Origin: Acidimicrobiia bacterium
GTDB taxonomy: Bacteria > Actinomycetota > Acidimicrobiia > Spongiisociales > ZC4RG35
DNA length: 64,000 nucleotides
Direction: 5' to 3'
Assembly (NCBI GenBank): GCA_965215185.1
Contig: OZ244034.1
Coordinates: forward strand, 2,624,001 to 2,688,000
Of this stretch, positions 30,021 through 39,260 are shown piece after piece (position 1 is the stretch's first letter; each line of letters opens with the position of its first letter). Both the position numbers and the translations under genes were made by a program. The notes beneath the pieces were generated by a model, which was given only the letters and a program-made list of their open reading frames with translations, had not been told where the DNA came from and made no database searches.

Positions 30021-30158
30021 CCCCAACATATAACACGCATGGTCGTTTCACCCCTGCTTCTCCCTTTCGGCTAACCCAGAGAAGGTCCGGTACCGCCGAT
30101 TACTCCGATGGGTTACTTCGATAGTTATCAACATTGCAATGCGATTAGGTGCAACCCT

Positions 30159-30252
30159 ATGGGACTGTCTGGAACTACCTGGGACACCAATACCCCGTTG
30201 ACCTGGGCAAATATGAACCACATGGGACACTATGCGCCTATATAGGACACTA
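30159..30252 (+). repeat. GGGACAC-type direct repeats (candidate integrase arm sites)
   Basis: ATGGGACTG 30159, CTGGGACACCA 30179, ATGGGACACTA 30222, ATAGGACACTA 30242. Confidence 0.5.
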
Positions 30253-30262
30253 AACCCGCGGA

Positions 30263-30774
30263 CGTCCAGGTAAGGCAACCCTTCCTGCCAGAAGTTCTCG
30301 TTGCGTACGATTTCAACCTGCTGGTTGCGTTCCCATTCCACGAACTTGAAGGGACCGGTTCCGATCGGCGTCTCGTTCAGGTCGATGTCGGGATCCCGCG
30401 GCGAGATGTACACATCCACCAGGGTGCTGGCCAGGATGCGGTCGGGCTCGCCGAGTCGGATCTCCACGGTCATGTCATCGACCGCTACGGTCCCGACTAC
30501 CCGGGTCAGGAGAGAAGATGTCCGTCCAGACTCAGGCTCCTGCGCCCTGCCCATGGATACCACCACGTCTTCGGCGCCAAAGGGAGAACCGTCGTGGAAG
30601 GTCACGCCTTCCCGGAGGTTAAAGGTCCAGGTGGTGGCCAGCGAGGGAGACGGTCCAGGTGGTGGCCAGCGAGGGAACTATCTCATAGGTCTCCAGGTCG
30701 AACTCCACCAGGGTGTCATACATGTTGGTGATGATGTTGCGGTCGTTAGTCGAACCGAATCGGTTGGGATGCAG
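30263..30774 (-). pseudogene. N-proximal fragment of the split SBP gene
   Basis: LHPNRFGSTNDRNIITNMYDTLVEF...FHDGS...GTGPFKF...QEGLPYLD; frameshift at 30624-30676; signal peptide missing. Confidence 0.9.
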
Positions 30775-31395
30775 TACCTACCAGTCGCTGCAGGTCATCG
30801 CCGACGCCCAAGCAGACGGCGCCGAACCGTTTGATTTGATGATCTGCGACGTAGCCCATCGAACCACCGGGGTTCATAAGAAAGCCCGGATCACGGTGTC
30901 TTCGTGGTTGTTGCCCCACGACCAGACGATTCTCCAAGCCGACCGGCGGCTGTACATGACCGCCACGCCTCGGCTTTACAGCGCCAATGTCAAAGAAAAA
31001 GCCAAAGAGCGGCAGGCGGCTATCTATTCGATGGACAACGAAGCCACCTACGGGCCTGAGATTTACAAGATGAGCTTCAAAAAAGCCGTAGACGACGGTT
31101 TCTTGTCGGACTATGAAGTAGCCGTCGTCGCGGTGTCTGACAGTCTGTTCGCCAATCTGGCGGGCGACTTTGTCTAGGAGCATGAAGAAACCGGGGTGAA
31201 CGTCGAGGATGTGGTGAAACTCCTCGGGTGTTGGGACGCTCTGGCCGATCCCGACCACCCGTGGCACGAATGGTCGGGTCACCGGGCAGGTCAACACTCC
31301 CCACGCCGCCCAGCGGGCCATCGCCTTCTCCAACACCATCAAGAGTTCGATGAATTTGGAGAAGTGGTGGCCGGACATCATCAGCCGACTAGGGC
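30773..31395 (+). pseudogene. Fragment of an SF2 helicase of Type ISP restriction-modification type
   Basis: STYQS, ICDVAHRTTG (degenerate DEAH), MTATPRLY, LSDY, RAIAFSNTIKSS; stop at 31175 and frameshift near 31255. Confidence 0.75.
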
Positions 31396-31620
31396 GGCTG
31401 GGCGCTGGTGGTGGGGGAAGGCGAGATCATCGGGTCCAAGCACGAATCGATCGAGGGACCCAACGGAATGTTCCGCTTCTCCTCGGGTCCGGCGCCCCAG
31501 GCCTTCCAGCGATTCTGCAACGCCGGCGCCACCCACCACAGCGTGCTGACCCCCGGCCACCACCTCCGGACGCTTCAACTGATGGCGGAGTGGATGGGCT
31601 TCGAGGTCCGGGCGGTCTGA
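31393..31620 (+). pseudogene. C-terminal fragment of an L-arabinose/L-fucose isomerase-family protein
   Basis: LVVGEGE...GATHHSVLTPGH...LMAEWMG C-terminal signature; no N-terminus. Confidence 0.6.
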
Positions 31621-31756
31621 TACCGGCCTCGGCCCGGGGATTCTCCCCGCCAATTAACTCTCTCTCCCACCGGAGCGCCGGAGGGTCTGTGCTCTACCAT
31701 TACCTCATAGGGCTTTCTTGCAGAAGTAGGGGCTGAGTGGTCCCGGAACAGGAGAA

Positions 31757-32884
31757 GTGATGCGCATAGCCAAAGTAACTCCAATCTCGGTCGCCTATCC
31801 CGAGCCCAACGACTCGGGCGCCACCCGGCACCTCACCTTTTGCCGGATCGAGACCACCGATGGGACCCTGGGCTGGGGAGAGTCGGTGACCATGTGGCCG
31901 GAGGCGTGCCGAGCAACCGAGCAGGTCATCTTAGGGATGGGGGAACTCATTCTGGGACGGGACGTGGCTGACAACATCGCCATCTGGCGGGAGTTGCGCA
32001 ATCACGCCTGGTGGTATGGATATCGTGGCGGGATTTCTCACTTCGCCCTCTCGGCGATCGACCTGGCCCTGTGGGACCTGAAGGGAAAGGACCTGGGCCA
32101 GTCGGTTCTCAGGATGCTGGGCGGCGCCGCCCGAGAGTCGCTGCCGGCCATTGCCAGCACCCACGCCTTTCTAACCATGGACGAGGAGATCGATAAACAC
32201 GGCCGGTGGGTGCAGGAAGACGGTTACCGGGGGGTGAAGATCGGATTGGGCAAGGCGGGGATAACCCGCCTGGGTTTCGATGCCAAACGGGACATCGAAT
32301 TCATGCGCCGGCTCCGGGAGGCGGTGGGTCCCGATGCCTGGATCATGCTGGACCGCGGTGTCAAGTGCACCTGGGACCTGGAACACGCCATCCGACTGAT
32401 CCGCAAATTCGAGGAGTACGGGTTGCGGTGGATGGAGGAGCCGTTCGAGCCCCGTGAGTTCATCAACTACAAGAAACTCCGAGGCGCCGTGAACACCATG
32501 CTGGCGTGGGGAGAGCGGGAGTGGGACGAATACGGCTACCGCGAGGTGATCGGCACCGGCACCGCCGACGTGGTGGGAGTCGACCCCGGTCGCGTCGGGG
32601 GGATCACCGGCGCCCTGCGGATCATTCGCCTGGTGGAAGACGCAGGAGTGTGGTTCAACGCCCATGCGTGGAGCGGCGCACCGGTGACCGCCGCCAGCCT
32701 GGCGCTGTCGTTTACCACGAACCGATGCCTGCTGTTCGAGTTCAAGCCCATCGAGAATCCGATGCAGCATGAACTGGTCACCAACCCCTTCGTCCATGAT
32801 CGGGGCACCGTCGGCATCCCCCCGGAGCGACCCGGTCTGGGCATCGACGTGCAGGAGAGCGTCCTCCAGAAGTACAAGTTGTGA
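31757..32884 (+). CDS. Mandelate racemase/MLE family enzyme
   Basis: GWGE, IDLALWDLKGK, KIG, WMEEP, GERE, PGLGID; AGGAG RBS. Confidence 0.93.
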   Translation: MMRIAKVTPISVAYPEPNDSGATRHLTFCRIETTDGTLGWGESVTMWPEACRATEQVILGMGELILGRDVADNIAIWRELRNHAWWYGYRGGISHFALSAIDLALWDLKGKDLGQSVLRMLGGAARESLPAIASTHAFLTMDEEIDKHGRWVQEDGYRGVKIGLGKAGITRLGFDAKRDIEFMRRLREAVGPDAWIMLDRGVKCTWDLEHAIRLIRKFEEYGLRWMEEPFEPREFINYKKLRGAVNTMLAWGEREWDEYGYREVIGTGTADVVGVDPGRVGGITGALRIIRLVEDAGVWFNAHAWSGAPVTAASLALSFTTNRCLLFEFKPIENPMQHELVTNPFVHDRGTVGIPPERPGLGIDVQESVLQKYKL

Positions 32885-32932
32885 TCATCGATCGCTCCGG
32901 TAGTCTCTCCGTGACAGGGAAACCCCTGTCCT

Positions 32933-33790
32933 TTAACGGTCGGTGCGGTAGGGGTTGAGGAGGTCGGTGAGGGTGTCGCCCAGGAGGGTGAAGACCAGCA
33001 CCGTTATGAATATGGCGCTTCCCGCTCCCAACGCCAGGTAGGGATTGGTGGAGACCAGGGTCTTTCCGGTGAGGAGCATGGCGCCCCAGGACGGGGCGGG
33101 AGGCTGAGCGCCCAGACCCAGGAAACTGAGGGCGGCCTCGGTTAGCACCGCGGTGGCGAAGGTGAGGGTGAACTGCACCATGAGGATCGAGGTGAGGTTG
33201 GGCAGGAGCGACCGCTGCATCAGATAAACGTGACTGGCGCCCAATGCTCGGCCGGCTGTGATGAATTCACTCTCTTTGAGGGAGAGGGCCATTCCTCGCA
33301 CGAGACGGGCGAAGCGGGGGATCTGCACTATCCCGATGGCGATGATGGTATTCCGCAGGTTGGTTCCCAACACCGCCACCATGGCCATGGCCAGGATGAT
33401 GGGAGGGAAAGCCAGCAGGCCGTCGGTGGTGCGCATCATTATGGTGTCGGTGAGCTTGCCGAAGTACCCGCTGACAACGCCCATCGGCACCCCGAATACC
33501 ACCGCGATGGCGGTGGAGGCAAAGCCCACGTACAGTGAGACGCGTGATCCGTGGATGATCCGGCTGAAGATGTCCCTTCCTATCTCGTCGGTGCCCAGCC
33601 AGAACTGTGCGGTAGGCAACTCGAAGGGATAGGCGACCACTTCGGTGGCGCCGTAAGGCGCCAGGAGGTCGGCAAACACCGCCATCAGCACCAGCAGCGC
33701 CACCATGCTGAGCGTGAAGAGGTGAAGGGGATTGCGGGTTATCCTCCTCCAGATCTTGCGTCTCTCCGAGAACATTGCGGCAGAGGTCAT
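32933..33790 (-). CDS. ABC permease (DppC-like), copy 2
   Basis: Paralog of 17-874. Confidence 0.92.
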   Translation of the reverse strand: MTSAAMFSERRKIWRRITRNPLHLFTLSMVALLVLMAVFADLLAPYGATEVVAYPFELPTAQFWLGTDEIGRDIFSRIIHGSRVSLYVGFASTAIAVVFGVPMGVVSGYFGKLTDTIMMRTTDGLLAFPPIILAMAMVAVLGTNLRNTIIAIGIVQIPRFARLVRGMALSLKESEFITAGRALGASHVYLMQRSLLPNLTSILMVQFTLTFATAVLTEAALSFLGLGAQPPAPSWGAMLLTGKTLVSTNPYLALGAGSAIFITVLVFTLLGDTLTDLLNPYRTDR

Positions 33791-33812
33791 ATCCGGGTTG
33801 GTCCTTGTGCGC

Positions 33813-34756
<944 letters not shown>

Positions 34757-34760
<4 letters not shown>

Positions 34761-35767
34761 GATCGAGCGCCGGAGTGGTTTTCGGCGCCCGGGTAATGGC
34801 AGGCCACCAAGCTGTCGGCGACAAGCGCCAATGGGGGGTCCTGTTCGACGCAGAGTTGGTCGCCTCGCCAGCACCGGGTTCTGAACCGGCAGCCGGAGGG
34901 CGGATCGAGGGGATTGGGCAGGTCGCCAGCGAGAATTATCCGCTCCTGGGTCTGTCGACCCTGGGCGGCGGAGATGTCGGGGATCGCCGACAGGAGGGCG
35001 ATCGTGTAGGGATGCTGGGGGGAGTTGAAAACCGCGTCCCGGGTGCCTTCTTCCACGATGCGGCCGAGGTACATGACCGCCACGCGATCGGAGACCTGGC
35101 CCACCACGGAGAGATCGTGGGCGATGAACAGATACGCCAGGCCGAGTTCGGTTTGCAGGTCTTCCAGCAAGTTGAGAATCTGGGCCTGGATGGAGACGTC
35201 CAGCGCCGACACCGGTTCGTCCAGCACCAGAAGAGAGGGCTCCAGAGCCAGGGCTCGGGCGATGGCGATCCGCTGTCGCTGCCCGCCGGAGAACTCGTGG
35301 GGGAACCGGCGCAGGGAGTCGGGTGGCAACTGAACCAGGGAGAGCAGTTCCGGGATCTTTTGCCGGGCCACCGCCCGGGAGATGCCATGGATGCGGAAGG
35401 GCTCGTACAGGATCTGCCGGACTCTGAACCGGGGATTGAGGGAGGCGTAGGGATCCTGGAAGACGATCTGCATCTCCTGGCGCAACGGACGCATCTGTTG
35501 GTGGTTGTAGTGGGTGATGTCCTGTCCCGCAAAGTTGACCGTTCCCGCCGCGGGTTCCAGCAGTCGGATGATGGTCCTCCCCAGGGTGGACTTGCCGCAT
35601 CCCGACTCTCCCACCAGCCCCAGAGTCTCACCGGGCTTGATGGACAGGGTGACGTCCTCCACCGCCACCAGGGTGGTGGCCTTCTGGGCGCCGCTGCGGC
35701 GGATGTGGTAACTGGTGGTGATGTCCCGGATATCGAGAATCGGTCTCTGGGCGGTGTCGGTGTTCAT
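34757..35767 (-). CDS. ABC ATP-binding subunit (DppF-like), copy 2
   Basis: MNTDTAQRP start with ATGA overlap; Walker A/B and signature motifs. Confidence 0.92.
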
Positions 35768-36774
35768 GTTGCTCTCTCGGTGAGCCAGGATGCCGCTTCC
35801 TCGGTGAAGTGACAGGCTGCCTGCTGGTCGGTCCCCACCTCCATCAGCCGCGGGGAGTCGGATCGGCAGGCCGAACGCTGCGCTCCGATGGCGCACCGGG
35901 GATGGAAGGGGCACCCCGGGGGGACGTTGGCCATGTCGGGAGGCTGGCCGGGAATGGAGTAGAGTTTCGTCCTCCTTTGCGTGATCGAAGGAATGGAAGC
36001 CAACAGTCCGATCGTGTACGGGTGCCGTGGCCGGGAGAAGATGTCGCCGATGCGCCCTTCCTCCACGATCCGACCGGCGTACATCACTATCACCCGGTCG
36101 GCGATCTGGGAGACCAGTCCCAGGTCGTGGGTGATCAGGATGGAAGCCGCCCCCGTCTCCTCGCGGGCCGCCTTGAGAGTCTCGATCACCTGCGCCTGGA
36201 TGGTCACGTCCAAGGCCGTGGTGGGCTCGTCGGCGATCAGCAGCTTGGGCCGGTTGGCCATGGCCATGGCGATCATGGCGCGCTGGCGCATTCCGCCCGA
36301 ATACTCGTGGGGAAACTGGTTGTAGCGTCGTTCCGGTTGCGGGATCCCCACCATGTCCAGCAATTCGATGCCACGCCGTCTGTGGTTTGACTTCGATTCG
36401 GAAGGATTGTGGGTCCACAGAGCTTCCCGCAGTTGTTCCCCCACCTTGATAACCGGGTTCAGCGAGGTCATGGGATCCTGGAACACCATGGAGATCTCCT
36501 GTCCCCGGATCGAGCGGAGCGCTTCCGTGGACAGGGGCAGCAAGTCCTGCCCTTCGAAGAGAGCCCTTCCACCGGTTATCTCCCCGGGGGGTTTGGGGAT
36601 GAGCCCCAGGATGCTCAGCACCGTCACCGTCTTGCCGGATCCGGACTCGCCGACTATTCCGAGGGTCTCCCCGGTGTTGAGGGAGAAACTCACGCCATTG
36701 ACGGCATTGATCACCTGATCAGGGGTCTTGAACCGGACCGAAAGGTTTTCGACGGTTAGCAACGGAATTGGCAT
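35764..36774 (-). CDS. ABC ATP-binding subunit (DppD-like), copy 2
   Basis: GESGSGKT, YSGGMRQR. Confidence 0.93.
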   Translation of the reverse strand: MPIPLLTVENLSVRFKTPDQVINAVNGVSFSLNTGETLGIVGESGSGKTVTVLSILGLIPKPPGEITGGRALFEGQDLLPLSTEALRSIRGQEISMVFQDPMTSLNPVIKVGEQLREALWTHNPSESKSNHRRRGIELLDMVGIPQPERRYNQFPHEYSGGMRQRAMIAMAMANRPKLLIADEPTTALDVTIQAQVIETLKAAREETGAASILITHDLGLVSQIADRVIVMYAGRIVEEGRIGDIFSRPRHPYTIGLLASIPSITQRRTKLYSIPGQPPDMANVPPGCPFHPRCAIGAQRSACRSDSPRLMEVGTDQQAACHFTEEAASWLTERAT

Positions 36775-36817
36775 CGAGATAGAAGATACCTTGCTGGGGG
36801 AGGTTTGGGCGGGAGGA

Positions 36818-36857
36818 GAGGAGGGGCGGGGACGCCGAAGCGCCCCCGCCCCTCCTC
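36818..36857 (-). terminator. Stem-loop after the SBP gene
   Basis: GAGGAGGGGCGGGG..CCCCGCCCCTCCTC. Confidence 0.65.
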
Positions 36858-36875
36858 AGTTTGCGTTAGCGGAAC

Positions 36876-38753
36876 CTAGTTGTCTGTCAGGTAGACGTCG
36901 GTGAGGTACAGGGTTCCTTGAGTATGCGAGATGAAGCCGTGGACGTTGGGACTGTGGGGTATGGGGTTCAATCGCCCTCCGAGGACGATCTGGGGTTGTT
37001 CCTCCATGGCCCACGCCTGCAACTGGTGGATGGCTTCCTTGTACTCGATGTTGGAGGAGATGGATCGGGCACTGGACAGCAGTTCGAAGAACTCGGGCTT
37101 GTGGTCGATCCATCCCATGGTCTCAACGAAGAGTTTGTTGTAGGGATGATTCAGCAAGTCGTACTCGTCCGGCTTGGGCACCATTGCGCACGCGGCCAGG
37201 TCGTACAGGCCAAGCTGGTCAGGGTCATTCGTATGCGTGGGGAGCGTTCTGTCAATATAGGTCGCCACGTCCATGATGTTCAGCTCGATCTGGATGTTCA
37301 AGCCGGTTCTCAGTTGCTCCTGAACGGCCTGGGCCAGCCAGGTGTGCTCGGGGTCAGTATCGCAAACTATCATCTCCCCGCCGTCGAAGCCGTCGGCGTA
37401 CCCCGCACTCTCGAGAACGGCCTTCGCTCCGGCGACGTCAGGAGCGTTGTATGAGGCCGCGTCCGGGTTGAAGAACTGCGCGTTGTTCTCCATGGGGTTG
37501 GAAAGAATCTGCATGTGGCCCAGCAGGGTTCGTTGCAGCGCAGGGCGATCAATCGCCATGCTGGTGGCCTGGCGCACCAACGGATTCGACCAGATGTCCC
37601 TGCGGGTGTTGACGTGGAAGTGATACAGGCCGGTGTTCCCTGATGGAGGACTGGCGATTACGATGCCCGCTTCGCTGAGGGTTGCCAACTCGGCCAACGG
37701 ACCCTGGGCCAGCATGTGGACCTCGCCGGTTCGCATCTGAAGCGACATGACGCTGGTATCAGGAACGGTAACGTACTCGATCCTGTCCAGGTAAGCGTCG
37801 CCCCAGTAGTCGGGGTTGCGCTCTATGACAACCCGTTGGTTTCTCTCCCAGGACACGAACCTGTACGGGCCGGTGCCGGTAGGCGTCTGGTTCAAGTCGA
37901 TGTCCTCGGCAGGCGATATATACACGTCGATCAGCGTGCTGTGCAATATGCGATCCGGCTCTGAGAGTCGAACCTCCACGGTGAGGTCGTCAATCGCTAC
38001 GACTTCTGCGACTCGAGTCAGCAAGGAAGCTGTCCTTCCGGACCCGGGCTCCTGCGCGCGTTCGATTGAGCGAACAACGTCAACGGCGTCCAGATCCGAG
38101 CCGTCGTGAAAAACCACGTCCGGACGAATGCTGAAGACATGCGACAGTCCGTCTTCTGAGACATTCCAATGAGTGGCCAGCAAAGGCCTGATCTCGTAGG
38201 TGTTCAGGTTGAACTCAACCAGGGTTTCATACATGTTGGTGACGACGTTGCGGCCAGCTGTGGATCCGTACCGGTTGGGATGCAATTGGTGTGGATCGGC
38301 CGTTTGGGCGATGATGAGCGTCCCACCACGGGGAATCGTCGCCGCCATGGCGGCCTCTTCCAACTCCATCTCGGCCATGGCGGCTGCCGCCTCGGCTTCG
38401 GCTACCATCGCTTCGGCTTCGGCTGCCATTGCTTCGGCTTCGGCTGCCTTCGCTTCGGCCTCAGCCAATGCTTCCATGGCTGCTTCGTCTCCTTCTTCGG
38501 CGGCCATCTTGGTGTCTTCCAGTTCCGCCATGGCCTCATCCAGGGCAGCTTGTGCTGCGGCAGCGGACGCGGACGCGGACGCGGCTTCGGCTGAGGCGGC
38601 TTCGGCTGCTGCTTCGGCTTCGGCTGCCTGCGCTTCGGCGGCAGCGCGGGCTGCGGCTGCAGCTGCGGTTGCGGCCTCAGCTTCCGAAGTGTCCTCTCCA
38701 CAGGCCGTTGCAACCAAGGCCAGAATGGCCAGCAGTGTGAGAAGTTTCTTCAT
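36876..38753 (-). CDS. Family-5 SBP lipoprotein with long Ala/Glu helical stalk
   Basis: MKKLL..ATAC lipobox, about 110-aa AE-rich segment, FHDGS, GTGPYRF; AAGGAG RBS. Confidence 0.93.
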   Translation of the reverse strand: MKKLLTLLAILALVATACGEDTSEAEAATAAAAAARAAAEAQAAEAEAAAEAASAEAASASASAAAAQAALDEAMAELEDTKMAAEEGDEAAMEALAEAEAKAAEAEAMAAEAEAMVAEAEAAAAMAEMELEEAAMAATIPRGGTLIIAQTADPHQLHPNRYGSTAGRNVVTNMYETLVEFNLNTYEIRPLLATHWNVSEDGLSHVFSIRPDVVFHDGSDLDAVDVVRSIERAQEPGSGRTASLLTRVAEVVAIDDLTVEVRLSEPDRILHSTLIDVYISPAEDIDLNQTPTGTGPYRFVSWERNQRVVIERNPDYWGDAYLDRIEYVTVPDTSVMSLQMRTGEVHMLAQGPLAELATLSEAGIVIASPPSGNTGLYHFHVNTRRDIWSNPLVRQATSMAIDRPALQRTLLGHMQILSNPMENNAQFFNPDAASYNAPDVAGAKAVLESAGYADGFDGGEMIVCDTDPEHTWLAQAVQEQLRTGLNIQIELNIMDVATYIDRTLPTHTNDPDQLGLYDLAACAMVPKPDEYDLLNHPYNKLFVETMGWIDHKPEFFELLSSARSISSNIEYKEAIHQLQAWAMEEQPQIVLGGRLNPIPHSPNVHGFISHTQGTLYLTDVYLTDN

Positions 38754-38921
38754 CTTGATCGCTCCTTTGTTGTCAGAGGTGTCCAATGATAAGATCTTTG
38801 AGAGTCAGAATACCCAATATGTAGGTGATGTTTCCAGAAAAATGGAAAATAGATTACGAAAGTGGCATTTCCCCAGAAAAAGGGAGATCCGCCAAGGATG
38901 CATACCATGGGAGGGCAAGAG

Positions 38922-39260
38922 ATGTCCGACTTTCTGAAACGTCCCAGACTTCCTGCCGGCATCGATGGTTCCCGCCGCGATCTGTGGGAGGAATTCCGGC
39001 GACAGCCGTTTGGCAAGCACTCTCCTGATCTGCAGGCGCTGCTGGAATACATGCGGGGTGGTCCCATCAGCGGCAAGTACTTCCTGAAGCTGACCGGCCC
39101 TCATTCGGAGTGGACGCTGGCTCGGTTTAGCACCACGTACCCATTGACCACCGAGACTCTGCCCGAGCATGTCTTCACCACCATCGAAGACGCCGAATAC
39201 TTCGTGTTCCGCCGCCGCTGGGAGGAGATGTTCGCCGCCGACCCTGGAGCGGAGTCGTGA
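38922..39260 (+). CDS. N,N-dimethylformamidase small-subunit-like protein
   Basis: EEF..PFGKHSPDLQALL..MR..GKY..AEYFVFRRRW; GTGA overlap with the large subunit. Confidence 0.72.
   Translation: MSDFLKRPRLPAGIDGSRRDLWEEFRRQPFGKHSPDLQALLEYMRGGPISGKYFLKLTGPHSEWTLARFSTTYPLTTETLPEHVFTTIEDAEYFVFRRRWEEMFAADPGAES

Larger units (their letters stand above)
28770..30041 (-). mobile_element. IS110-family element with a CA core on both flanks
   Basis: No terminal IRs; removing it restores GTG AAA CGA CCA CCA ACA CTC (VKRPPTL). Confidence 0.9.
4857..30266. mobile_element. 25.4-kb inserted genomic island interrupting the SBP gene
   Basis: The two SBP halves rejoin in frame across CGTC (4853-4856 and 30263-30266); tyrosine integrase and AlpA-like gene near the right end. 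Confidence 0.75.
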
